From Chloroflexota bacterium (GTDB lineage: Bacteria > Chloroflexota > Dehalococcoidia > SpSt-223): 64,000 nucleotides of DNA. Made by a program: the position numbers and the translations under genes. Where the stretch lies: positions 1,660 to 65,659 of the forward strand of contig JAILZB010000001.1 of assembly GCA_023512725.1 (NCBI GenBank). The letters run 5' to 3'. The notes beneath the pieces were generated by a model. It had not been told where the DNA came from. It did not search any database and was given only the letters and a program-made list of their open reading frames with translations. Positions 9,807 through 18,183 of the stretch are shown here, piece by piece (the stretch's first letter is position 1; the number at the start of each line of letters is the position of its first letter).

Positions 9807-10750
9807 AACCCGCCGCCTCGGTCATCATTCCGAACTGGAACGGCCTGGCCTACCTTCCGACCTGTCTGCAGGCCCTGGCCGCGCAGAGCTGGCGCGACTT
9901 CGAGACTATCCTGGTCGATGACGCCTCGACCGACGCCAGCGTGGCCTACGTGGCCGCGCACTTCCCCTGGGTGCGCATCTTGCGCCGCCGCCGCAACGGC
10001 CATTTCTGCCAGGCGGTGAACACTGGCATCGCCGCGGCGCGCGGTGAGACGATCGTGCTGCTCAATAGCGATACCGAGGCCGAGCCGGGGTGGCTTGCGG
10101 CATTGCTGAGCGGCCTGGCTGCCCACCCCGAGGCGGGCATTGCCGCGAGCAAACTCTTGCTGTTCGACCGGCGGCAGATCCTCCACTCGGCGGGGGACTT
10201 CCTGCGCAGCGATGGACGGCCGGGGAACCGGGGGGTCTGGGAAGAAGACCACGGCCAGTACGACCAGGCCGTCTGGGTCTTCAGCGCCTGCGCGGGGGCG
10301 GCGGCCTACCGGCGGGCGATGCTCGAAGAGATCGGCCTGTTCGACGAAGACTTTGTCGCCTACTGCGAAGACGTCGACCTCGCCTTTCGGGCCCAGTTAG
10401 CGGGCTGGCGCTGCCTCTTTGTGCCCACGGCGCGGGTCTATCATCACCTCTCGGCGACCGGGGGTGGTGTCGGGGCGAGCTACCTCTGCGGTAAGAACTT
10501 CATCAACCTGGTGGTCAAAAACATGCCTGCCGAGCTGCTGCGTCGCTACGGCTGGCGGATCGCGCGGGCCCAGCTTCGCCTGGCCTGGGATGCCGCGCGG
10601 CGCTGGCAGCAGCCGGCCGCCCGGGCGTGGTTGCGCGGTCAGCTGGCAGCCATCCGCCAGAGCCCGCAGATGCTGGCCAAACGGCGTGCCATCCAGGCTC
10701 GCCGCCGTGTGCCGGTGAGCACGCTCGCCGCGCTACTGGAGGCCGCGTGA
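9803..10750 (+). CDS. Family 2 glycosyltransferase
   Basis: ASVIIPNWNGLAYLPTCLQAL...ILVDDASTD...LLNSDTE...AYCEDVDLAFRAQ is a GT2 (GT-A) signature. The GTG start overlaps the rfbD stop. Confidence 0.9.
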   Translation: MKPAASVIIPNWNGLAYLPTCLQALAAQSWRDFETILVDDASTDASVAYVAAHFPWVRILRRRRNGHFCQAVNTGIAAARGETIVLLNSDTEAEPGWLAALLSGLAAHPEAGIAASKLLLFDRRQILHSAGDFLRSDGRPGNRGVWEEDHGQYDQAVWVFSACAGAAAYRRAMLEEIGLFDEDFVAYCEDVDLAFRAQLAGWRCLFVPTARVYHHLSATGGGVGASYLCGKNFINLVVKNMPAELLRRYGWRIARAQLRLAWDAARRWQQPAARAWLRGQLAAIRQSPQMLAKRRAIQARRRVPVSTLAALLEAA

Positions 10751-11478
10751 ACGCGCCGCCCTACCTCTCGGTCGTCATTCCCGCCTACAACGAGGAAGGC
10801 CGGATCGGCACCGCGCTCGCCAAAATCCGGGCGTACCTTGCCACCCAGGAGTATCCCGCCGAGATCATTGTCGTCGAGAACGGGAGCACCGACCGGACGG
10901 CGAGCATCGTGGCGGCGGCTGCCGCTGAGCCCGGCACGCCCGTCCGGCTGATCCAGCTGCCTCGCCCGGGCAAGGGGGGAGCCGTGCGCGCCGGGATGCT
11001 GGCCGCCCGGGGGCAGTACCGCTTCTTCGCCGACGCCGACCTTTCGATGCCGATCGAGCAGCTCAGCCGCTTCCTGCCCCCTGCACTCGGGGATGCCGAT
11101 ATCGCGATCGCCTCGCGCGAGGCGCCCGGCGCACGCCGGATCGGCGAGCCGGCCTACCGCCACCTGATGGGGCGGGTTAATAACCTGATCATTCGCCTCG
11201 TGGCCGTCAACGGCTTCGATGATACCCAGTGTGGCTTTAAGCTGTTCCGCGCTGAGGCCGCTGAGTGGCTCTTCCGCCACCAGCGCATCCTGGGCTGGGG
11301 CTTTGATATTGAGATCCTGCTGTTGGCCAAGCGGCGAGGCTACCGCATCATCGAAGTGCCGATCGACTGGTATCGCGGCGACCAGAGCAAGGTGCGGCCC
11401 GTGCGGGATACGTTCGCGATGCTCAGCGAGACGTTCAAGATCCGACTGAACGCGTGGCTCGGCCGCTACCCCCGCTGA
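10747..11478 (+). CDS. GT2 polyprenyl-phosphate sugar synthase (dolichyl-P-glucose/mannose synthase, ArnC/GtrB-like)
   Basis: GTG at 10747 (GTGA overlap). LSVVIPAYNEEGRIG...IIVVENGSTDRT...FFADADLS...TQCGFKLF...DIEILLLA. Confidence 0.85.
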   Translation: MNAPPYLSVVIPAYNEEGRIGTALAKIRAYLATQEYPAEIIVVENGSTDRTASIVAAAAAEPGTPVRLIQLPRPGKGGAVRAGMLAARGQYRFFADADLSMPIEQLSRFLPPALGDADIAIASREAPGARRIGEPAYRHLMGRVNNLIIRLVAVNGFDDTQCGFKLFRAEAAEWLFRHQRILGWGFDIEILLLAKRRGYRIIEVPIDWYRGDQSKVRPVRDTFAMLSETFKIRLNAWLGRYPR

Positions 11479-12761
11479 CCCGCTGGGCGCTGCTGCTGGT
11501 AGTACTCTGGCAGGTCGGAGTCGGTGCGCTCTACGCTCGCCTGACCCCCGCCTGGCAAGCACCCGACGAGCCCGCCCACTTCAATTACGCCCGGCAGCTT
11601 GGCACGACGGGCACCCTGCCCGTGCTCCAGCCAGGCGACTATGACGGCCCGTACCTGGAGCAGCTGAAAGCCCGGCGCTTTCCGCCAGAGCTCTCGGTGG
11701 CGAGCGTGCGCTACGAGGGCCACCAGCCTCCCGCCTACTACCTGCTAGCGGCTCCGCTCGCAGCGAGGGGAGAGCCTCGCCAGTCCCTTCTCGCCGTACG
11801 GCTGCTTTCGGTGCTGCTCGGTGCCCTCGTGGTGCTGCTGGTCGCGGCGACGGCCCACCAGCTTTTCCCGGCGCGGCCGGACCTCTCCCTGCTCGCGGCG
11901 GCGGTGCCGGCCCTCATCCCGCAGCACCTGGCCATCCTGGCCTCAGCCAGTAACGATGCCCTCGCTTCGGTGGCGGTCGCGCTCACCGTGCTGCTGACGG
12001 TGCGGCTGCTGGCCCGTCGCCTGCGCCACGGGGAGCGCCCGACGGCGCGCCAGGCCCTTGCCCTGGGGGGAGCACTGGCCCTCTGCATCCTCACCAAGCT
12101 CACCGCCTACGCGGCGCTGCCCGTTGCGCTGCTCGGCCTCCGCTGGGCAGGCGGGCGGGGCGGGACCCTGGCGCTTGCCTTCCTGCCCCCGATCGTGGCT
12201 GGGCTGGGCTGGGCGCTCCGAAACGTTGCCCTCTATGGGCCGCTGGATCCCCTTGGCCTCCAGCGCCACGATGCCATCGTGGCCGGTCAGCCGCTGACAG
12301 GTGCCATCACCCCCACGCTGCTCGGTGAGTTCGCCCGCACCACCTTCCGGAGCTTCTGGGGGCAGTTCGGTTGGATGGGCGTGCCGATGGAGGGGTGGGT
12401 CTACGCGGTGCTGGCGGTGATGACGCTGCTGGCTGGCTTTGGGCTGCTCGCGTTCCTGCACGATTGCTGGCGCGGCTGCGTTCCCTGCGACCGGACAGGC
12501 CAGTGCGGGGTGCTCCTCCTGGGCCTGCTCACCGTGCTGATAGTGGCAGGCTTCCTGTGGTATAACCTGCGCTTTTTCCAGCCGCAGGGGCGCTACCTCT
12601 ACCCAGCAATGCCAGCCATTGCGGTCGCGCTCGCCGCCGGGCTCCGCTGGACGGTCTCCGAGCGCTGGGGTTGGCTGCCGCTCGGCTTGATCGGCACTAG
12701 CCTGGCCGCCCTCGACCTCTACGCGCTCTTCCACTACCTCCTGCCCTCCTTGAGCCCCTAG
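11454..12761 (+). CDS. GT-C fold membrane glycosyltransferase (PMT_2 / ArnT-like, GT39/GT83-type)
   Basis: Polytopic 435-aa protein. The first loop, YARLTPAWQAPDEPAHFNYARQL, resembles the acidic DE loop motif of PMT/ArnT enzymes. Overlaps the upstream synthase gene by 25 nt. Confidence 0.75.
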   Translation: MARPLPPLTRWALLLVVLWQVGVGALYARLTPAWQAPDEPAHFNYARQLGTTGTLPVLQPGDYDGPYLEQLKARRFPPELSVASVRYEGHQPPAYYLLAAPLAARGEPRQSLLAVRLLSVLLGALVVLLVAATAHQLFPARPDLSLLAAAVPALIPQHLAILASASNDALASVAVALTVLLTVRLLARRLRHGERPTARQALALGGALALCILTKLTAYAALPVALLGLRWAGGRGGTLALAFLPPIVAGLGWALRNVALYGPLDPLGLQRHDAIVAGQPLTGAITPTLLGEFARTTFRSFWGQFGWMGVPMEGWVYAVLAVMTLLAGFGLLAFLHDCWRGCVPCDRTGQCGVLLLGLLTVLIVAGFLWYNLRFFQPQGRYLYPAMPAIAVALAAGLRWTVSERWGWLPLGLIGTSLAALDLYALFHYLLPSLSP

Positions 12762-12817
12762 CCAGTCGCCACCGCCCTGGTATACTGCTGCCGACTTTCC
12801 CCCACGGAGTGTCTGTA

Positions 12818-13441
12818 ATGCAGACAACCTCGCACCTGACGATGACACGCGCCCTCTTGCCGCGGGCAGGGTGGGCAACCCAGGCTGCCCTTGTGGTGCT
12901 GTTTTCGCTGCTGATCGCGCTCTCGGCCCAGGTGAGCATTGAGATCGGGCCGGTGCCAATCACGCTTCAGACGCTTGCGGTCCTGCTGACCGGAGCGTTG
13001 CTCGGCAGCCGGTTGGGCGCCGCGACCATCCTGCTCTACCTGCTCGAGGGGGTAGCTGGGCTGCCGGTCTTTGCGGGCGGCAACAATGCCTGGAGCCTGG
13101 CACGCGGCGGCGTACCCTACTTCCTCGGGCCAACAGCGGGCTACCTCTTCGGCTTTCTCCCGGCAGCGTTCGCCGTTGGCTGGCTCGCTGAGCGCGGGTG
13201 GACGCGCAGCGTTCCCCGCACCGTGCTGGCGATGGTGATCGGCAACCTGATCATCTACGCCCTTGGTCTGGGCAATCTGGCGCGCTTTGTGCAGTCGCCT
13301 GCTCTGCTGAACGCTGGCTTGCTGCCCTTCCTGCCCGGTGATGCTCTCAAGATTGCCCTGGCGGTCGTCATCTTGCCGGGCGGCTGGCAGCTGCTGGAGC
13401 GGCTGGGGCCCCCAGCAGCGCGGGCGGGAACGCCGCGCTAG
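12818..13441 (+). CDS. bioY: Biotin transporter BioY (ECF S-component)
   Basis: ...LSAQVSIEIGPVPITLQTLAVLLTGALLGSRLG...LLEGVAGLPVFAGG... are canonical BioY motifs. ATG 12818 follows ACGGAG; GTG 12809 is an alternative start. Confidence 0.9.
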   Translation: MQTTSHLTMTRALLPRAGWATQAALVVLFSLLIALSAQVSIEIGPVPITLQTLAVLLTGALLGSRLGAATILLYLLEGVAGLPVFAGGNNAWSLARGGVPYFLGPTAGYLFGFLPAAFAVGWLAERGWTRSVPRTVLAMVIGNLIIYALGLGNLARFVQSPALLNAGLLPFLPGDALKIALAVVILPGGWQLLERLGPPAARAGTPR

Positions 13442-13542
13442 GGAGCACCGGCCGGTGGGCCCAGCCGCTGGCGGAGTTGGGCTAAGATCCGGCAAGATTG
13501 AGAGGGCCCACGAGAGCACGCTGGGTCAACTGCGAGCAGCCC

Positions 13543-14259
13543 GTGACCGTTCCGACCCCGAGCTGGGAGCTGCATACGTTCCACGTGGCGCCGGGGCGGC
13601 GAGCGCAATTCCTCGCCGTCTGGGAGCAGCGTCTCCGCCCGCTCGCCGCGCGCCACGGGCCGACGCTCTTCGGCGGCTGGTTTGTACAGGGGAGCGATCG
13701 CTTTCTCTGGTTCGTCGACCGCGCGGCCCGCCCGCCGGTCGACCCGCTCGCGGATGATTGGCTGGCGCTCCTCGGTCGGCACGACCACCTTGGCGTGCTT
13801 GCTCCGCCTCAGCTGCTTGTGCTCCTGGCGGGGGCGTTGCCGGCTGGAGTGGAGCAGGAACGGGGCGTCTTGCTGCGCGAGCAACCGCGAATGGAACGCG
13901 AGGCCGAGTACCGCCGCAACATGGCGGGACAGATTGCGCCCTGCTGGCAGCGGCACGGGATCCAGCTCACGGCGTGGTGGCAGGTGCTCGGGACGTCAGG
14001 GTACCTTGCCCTGCTCACGTTTGCCCAGCCAGACCAGGCAGCAGCCTGGGCTGCCCTCGCACAGGACCCGGCCTGGGTGGAGCTCGCAGCCTGGCGGCAG
14101 TCAGTGCTGCAGGAAGAGCAGCGCTGGCTCCTGCTTCCTCCGGGTGAGCCGGACCCCGCGAAGGAGTTGCTTCCGCTGGAGCGCGAAGCGGCGGACCCGG
14201 TGGAAGAGGCGTCGCGCGAATCGTTTCCGGCGAGCGACCCGCCTGGGTGGGTGGAATAA
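13543..14259 (+). CDS. Hypothetical protein, tandem NIPSNAP-like (dimeric alpha-beta barrel) domains
   Basis: WELHTFHVAPGRRAQFLAVWEQRLRPLAARHGPTLFGGWF... follows the NIPSNAP pattern, with a second, weaker repeat. Start is uncertain (TTG 13498 or GTG 13543). Confidence 0.55.
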   Translation: MTVPTPSWELHTFHVAPGRRAQFLAVWEQRLRPLAARHGPTLFGGWFVQGSDRFLWFVDRAARPPVDPLADDWLALLGRHDHLGVLAPPQLLVLLAGALPAGVEQERGVLLREQPRMEREAEYRRNMAGQIAPCWQRHGIQLTAWWQVLGTSGYLALLTFAQPDQAAAWAALAQDPAWVELAAWRQSVLQEEQRWLLLPPGEPDPAKELLPLEREAADPVEEASRESFPASDPPGWVE

Positions 14260-14274
14260 TCCTCCAGCGGGTCC

Positions 14275-14303
14275 TTGTCCGGCTGAGTGGGCTCCATTAT
14301 ACT
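14275..14303 (+). promoter_or_regulatory. Candidate sigma70-like promoter TTGTCC-17-TATACT
   Basis: -35 at 14275..14280 and -10 at 14298..14303, with a 17-nt spacer, about 78 nt upstream of the ATG at 14381. Confidence 0.4.
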
Positions 14304-14380
14304 CGCCAGCGAGGTACACCATGCGCGGGCCGCTGGCGGTTCCTTGGTCGCTGCAGGGCAGCGGGAATGGAGAGAGGGAG

Positions 14381-14593
14381 ATGGAACCGCGATCCTGGCC
14401 AATATGCCAGCAATGTAAGAATGGTCAGCTCCTGCCATTGTCGGACTTTGGCAGTCAGGGGGCGCCTATCTATTACAAGGCGTGGGTATGCTCGAACCCG
14501 TCGTGCGGGTTCAATATCAAGATCCGCAACGGCGATGTCTATATCAATGAGCCGATCAACTCGGGGGCAGCCTTCACTCCACGGTCACGCTAG
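14381..14593 (+). CDS. Small zinc-ribbon protein (70 aa), hypothetical
   Basis: ATG behind GAGAGGGAG. MEPRSWPICQQCKNGQLLPLSDFGSQGAPIYYKAWVCSNPSCGFNIKIRNGDVYINEPINSG... has CxxC...CxxxxC. It is only the tail of track ORF 13682..14593. Its A/T-ending codon usage differs visibly from the neighbours. Confidence 0.6.
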   Translation: MEPRSWPICQQCKNGQLLPLSDFGSQGAPIYYKAWVCSNPSCGFNIKIRNGDVYINEPINSGAAFTPRSR

Positions 14594-14611
14594 CCGCCAG
14601 GTGGCCTGCTG

Positions 14612-15823
14612 GTGACCTTGTCGCGCGCTGAGCGCTGGCGGGTACTCAAGGTCGCGCCGACGTCGTTCTTTGCCGACTACGGCTGTCACGTCCGCATCCT
14701 TGAGGAGGCCCGTGCCCTCCAGCGGCTAGGCCACCAGGTGACCATCGTCACCTACCCGACGGGGGGCGCAGTGGCGGGCCTGGATATCCGGCGCGCCTTT
14801 CCCCTCCCCCTGTTGTCATCGATCAAGGCGGGGCCGTCGAAACGAAAGCCGCCCTTCGATATCCTGCTGGCACTGCGCACCCTGCAGGTTGGGTTGGCGC
14901 TCCGTCCCCAGGTGGTGCACGCGCACCTGCACGAAGGCGCGTTAATCGGGGCGATGGTGGCGAAATCCCTGGGGGTGCCGCTGGTCTTCGATTTCCAGGG
15001 GAGCCTGACCAGCGAGATGATCGACCACGGCTGGTTGCGCCGCGAGAGCCGCTGGTACGGCCCCCTGCGTGCCCTGGAGCAGTTCATCACCCGCTTGCCG
15101 GATGCGATCATCACCAGCTCCCACAACGCGGCCCGCCTGCTGGAAGAGCAGTTTGCTGTGTCTCCCGGCCGGGTGGCGACCGTGCCTGATGCGGTAGACC
15201 CCCAACGCTTTCTCCCTCGCTGGGAGCACTCGGATCTGGCGCGCGTCGCTGCCCTCCGCGAGCAGCTCGGCATTCCGCCAGGGCGGCCGGTAGTGGTCTA
15301 CCTCGGGCTCCTTTCCGAATACCAGGGCACGAGCAAGCTGCTGGAAGCAGCGGCCACGCTCACCCAGCGCGGGATCGATGCGCACTATCTAGTGATGGGC
15401 TTCCCGGGAGAAGATACCTACGGCCGGATCGCGGCCGCGCTCGGCATCCGCGAGCGGGTGACCCTCACGGGGCGGGTTGCCTATGAGCAAGCGCCCGACT
15501 ACCTCTTGCTAGGCGATGTCGCCGTCTCGCCGAAGGTCTCTGAGACCGAGGGGAACGGGAAGCTGCTGAACTACCAGGCGGCTGGCCTGCCGACGGTTGC
15601 CTTTGATACGCCCGTCGCGCGTGAGATCCTGGGCGAGCTGGGGGTGTACGCGCGGCTGGGCGATTCGCAGTCGCTGGCGGACCGGATTGGCGAGCTGCTG
15701 GTTGCTCCCGAGCGTCGCGAGCAGCTGGGGCGCGCCCTCCGTGCGCGAGTCGTGGCCCAGCACTCCTGGGACCAGGCTGTCCATCAGCTGCTGAAGGTGT
15801 ACCGGACGACCCGGCGGCGATGA
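14612..15823 (+). CDS. Family 4 (GT-B, Glycos_transf_1) glycosyltransferase
   Basis: RVLKVAPTSFFADYGCHVRILEEARALQRLGHQVTIVTY... with a C-terminal ...SETEGNGKLLNYQAAGLPTVAFD... (EX7E-like region). Confidence 0.9.
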   Translation: MTLSRAERWRVLKVAPTSFFADYGCHVRILEEARALQRLGHQVTIVTYPTGGAVAGLDIRRAFPLPLLSSIKAGPSKRKPPFDILLALRTLQVGLALRPQVVHAHLHEGALIGAMVAKSLGVPLVFDFQGSLTSEMIDHGWLRRESRWYGPLRALEQFITRLPDAIITSSHNAARLLEEQFAVSPGRVATVPDAVDPQRFLPRWEHSDLARVAALREQLGIPPGRPVVVYLGLLSEYQGTSKLLEAAATLTQRGIDAHYLVMGFPGEDTYGRIAAALGIRERVTLTGRVAYEQAPDYLLLGDVAVSPKVSETEGNGKLLNYQAAGLPTVAFDTPVAREILGELGVYARLGDSQSLADRIGELLVAPERREQLGRALRARVVAQHSWDQAVHQLLKVYRTTRRR

Positions 15824-16548
15824 GCGTCCCCGCGATCGTGTTGGTAGCAGGGGAGGGCTCGCGGCTCCGTCCGCTCACGGCCGACCGGCCAAAGCCGATG
15901 CTCCCGATCGCGGGTCGCCCGGCGCTGGAATGGGTCGTCCGCTGGCTCCGGGCGCACGGTATCTGCACGCTCTACTTCAACCTCCACTACTGCCCCCAGG
16001 CGATCATGGAACACTTTGGCGACGGCACCGCCTTCGGTGTCCAGATCACCTATAGCTACGAGCCTGTACTCCGCGGCACTGCCGGTGGCGCCGCCCACTT
16101 TCGCCCCTGCCTTCGGGGAACGACCCTCGTGATCTACGGCGATGTCCTCTCCGACCTCGACCTCCAGGCGTTGCTGGCGCGCCACCGCGCAGCGGGCGCC
16201 GCCGTCACGCTCGCTCTCTACCGCGTGCCGGACCCGTGGACGCGCGGGGTGGTGGAGCAGGCACCTGATGGCTGGATCACCGGCTTTCGCGAAAAGCCAG
16301 CGCCTGCCACTTGCCCGCCGACCGCGCTCGTCAACGCGGGGATCTATGCCCTCGAACCAGCCGTCCTCGACCTGGTGCCAGCTGATCGCCCGAGCGATTT
16401 CGGCCACGACCTGTTCCCTCTCCTGCTCGCGCGGGGCGAACGGCTGCTTGGCTGGGAGGCCGAGGGCTATATCCACGATTACGGAACCCTCGCCCAGTAC
16501 TATCAGGCCGACGCCGATGCGCGTGCTGGCCGCCTACGCCTCTTCTGA
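15820..16548 (+). CDS. Sugar-1-phosphate nucleotidyltransferase (NTP_transferase family)
   Basis: AIVLVAGEGSRLRPLTADRPKPMLPIAGRP is the G-x-G-x-R-L signature. ATGA overlap with the GT4 gene. Confidence 0.9.
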   Translation: MSVPAIVLVAGEGSRLRPLTADRPKPMLPIAGRPALEWVVRWLRAHGICTLYFNLHYCPQAIMEHFGDGTAFGVQITYSYEPVLRGTAGGAAHFRPCLRGTTLVIYGDVLSDLDLQALLARHRAAGAAVTLALYRVPDPWTRGVVEQAPDGWITGFREKPAPATCPPTALVNAGIYALEPAVLDLVPADRPSDFGHDLFPLLLARGERLLGWEAEGYIHDYGTLAQYYQADADARAGRLRLF

Positions 16549-16552
16549 GCTG

Positions 16553-17107
16553 ATGGTCCGGGCGAACGGTGCTCTCCTCGCCCTTCCCTGGCCGCTTGCC
16601 CTCGCCCTGGCCGCCCTGACGGTGCTCCTCGGATTTGGGGTCAATGCGCTGGCGCACGCCTGGCTCCGCCGACGGGGAGACCCGCTGGTCCGCGAGCACC
16701 GCGGCACCCTGCACTTCCTCTCGGCCTGGGTTGGGGATGGGCTACTGTTGCCCCTGATCAACCTCGCCGGGGCTGACCTCCTCACCCGCAGCGGTGGCCC
16801 CCCAACGCCGACGGAGTGGCGTTGGGCAGCCCTCACTGGCCTAGCGCTCACGAGCGCCATCCATGGGGTACAGGCTGCCTGCGGGCTGACAAACTGGTCG
16901 ATGCCGCGGCCCTGGCGCTGGAACTTGGCCGGCTGGTACCACTTCGCGTTTATGACTGGCCAGGTGAGCCTGCTCGCAGCAGTGCTGGGGCGGTTCGGGC
17001 GGCGCTGGCGGGAACATTCGGCGGCCGTCTGGCGCGACGCTGGGGTTATCCTGGCTGGACTGCTCCTGTTTGGGGCCCTGCTCGCATGGGACTACCGACC
17101 CCGATGA
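16553..17107 (+). CDS. Hypothetical integral membrane protein
   Basis: MVRANGALLALPWPLALALAALTVLLGFGVNALAHAW... has 4-5 predicted TM segments. It is the tail of track ORF 16142..17107. ATG 16517 is an alternative start. Confidence 0.6.
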   Translation: MVRANGALLALPWPLALALAALTVLLGFGVNALAHAWLRRRGDPLVREHRGTLHFLSAWVGDGLLLPLINLAGADLLTRSGGPPTPTEWRWAALTGLALTSAIHGVQAACGLTNWSMPRPWRWNLAGWYHFAFMTGQVSLLAAVLGRFGRRWREHSAAVWRDAGVILAGLLLFGALLAWDYRPR

Positions 17108-18147
17108 GGACGACCCTCCGGCGGCCGGCCACGCGACTACGCTGGCTGGTCGAAGCAAGCGCCGTCGCGGTGCTGGGGCTGGCGCTGCTCTGCTACCTGC
17201 TCGCCATAGCTTTTCCCCAACGGCATGGACTGCTGGCCTTGCTCCCGATCTTCCTCCCATACCTGGGGCTGCTCCCGCTGGTGCTGCTTCCGCTCGCGCT
17301 CTGGCCCGGTGCGCGGCTGGTGCGCCTGGCGCTCGTGGTGGGGGGCGTGCTCTGGGGCGCGCTCTTCGGGCCGGGCCTGGTGGCGTTCCCAGCCCCCGCG
17401 CCGCCAGGGGCACTCCGGCTGAGCGCGGCCAGCTGGAACGTTCTCCAGGATAACCACGACCTGGAACGTCTGCTCGAGGGGATCCGCGGGGCCAATGCCG
17501 ATCTCATCGTCCTGCACGAGCTGGCCGAACCCCAGCAGGCGGCGATCGTGACCGACCCCTCGCTGCTGGCGCGCTACCGCTGGCGCATCCTGGTGCCGAG
17601 CGACCGGTACTTGGGGGTGGGCCTGCTCTCGGCCTACCCCATGAGCGACGCTGGCAGCCGCGAGTTCCCGCCGATGGTCTGGGGGCGCGTCGAGATTGGC
17701 GGTCGCAGCCTGCTGGTCGTGGGGGCGCACCCCTTGCCGGGGCAGATCGGCTGGCTCCACGTTGGGGAGCAGGCGCTGCCCATCAGCTTCAACAGTGTCG
17801 GCCGCGACCTCCAGGTCGAGCAGGTCCTCACGGCGGTGGCCGCCCTGCGCCGGCCCGGTGAGCCGGTGCTCCTGATGGGCGATTTCAACCTGACCGAGCG
17901 GGAGCCGATCTACCGCGAGCTGACTACCCAGTTCGTCGATGCCAAACGGGTGGCTGGCCCCGGCTTTCAACACACCTGGAAACCCTGGTTCTTGCTCGCT
18001 GCCCCCTTCGCCCTGCTCCGGATCGACTACCTGTTCGTCTCCCCGGATGTCCAGCCGCTCACCCTCACGACCGATTGCCGACCGTTCGGGAGCGACCACT
18101 GCCTGGTGCGCGGGGAGTTCGCGCTGGGGCGGCCACCAGCCCCTTGA
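17104..18147 (+). CDS. Membrane-anchored endonuclease/exonuclease/phosphatase (EEP) family protein
   Basis: ATGA overlap at 17104. Hydrophobic N-terminal third, then LRLSAASWNVLQDN...DLIVLHE...LMGDFN...RIDYLFVS...GSDHCLV, which are EEP catalytic motifs. Confidence 0.8.
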   Translation: MRTTLRRPATRLRWLVEASAVAVLGLALLCYLLAIAFPQRHGLLALLPIFLPYLGLLPLVLLPLALWPGARLVRLALVVGGVLWGALFGPGLVAFPAPAPPGALRLSAASWNVLQDNHDLERLLEGIRGANADLIVLHELAEPQQAAIVTDPSLLARYRWRILVPSDRYLGVGLLSAYPMSDAGSREFPPMVWGRVEIGGRSLLVVGAHPLPGQIGWLHVGEQALPISFNSVGRDLQVEQVLTAVAALRRPGEPVLLMGDFNLTEREPIYRELTTQFVDAKRVAGPGFQHTWKPWFLLAAPFALLRIDYLFVSPDVQPLTLTTDCRPFGSDHCLVRGEFALGRPPAP

Positions 18148-18173
18148 AGCGGCCAACCGCTCGGCGCTATAGT
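18144..18173 (+). promoter_or_regulatory. Candidate promoter TTGAAG-18-TATAGT for murI (near-leaderless)
   Basis: -35 at 18144..18149 and -10 at 18168..18173. The -10 overlaps the track's GTG 18172 start, so ATG 18184 is favoured as the start. Confidence 0.4.
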
Positions 18174-18183
18174 GACGCCTGCG

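Noticed and set aside
13682-14593. 303-aa ORF spanning the NIPSNAP-like gene region
   Set aside because: It is an Arg/Ser-rich out-of-frame read-through of 13543..14259. Only its last 70 codons (ATG 14381, RBS, Zn-ribbon) look genuine.
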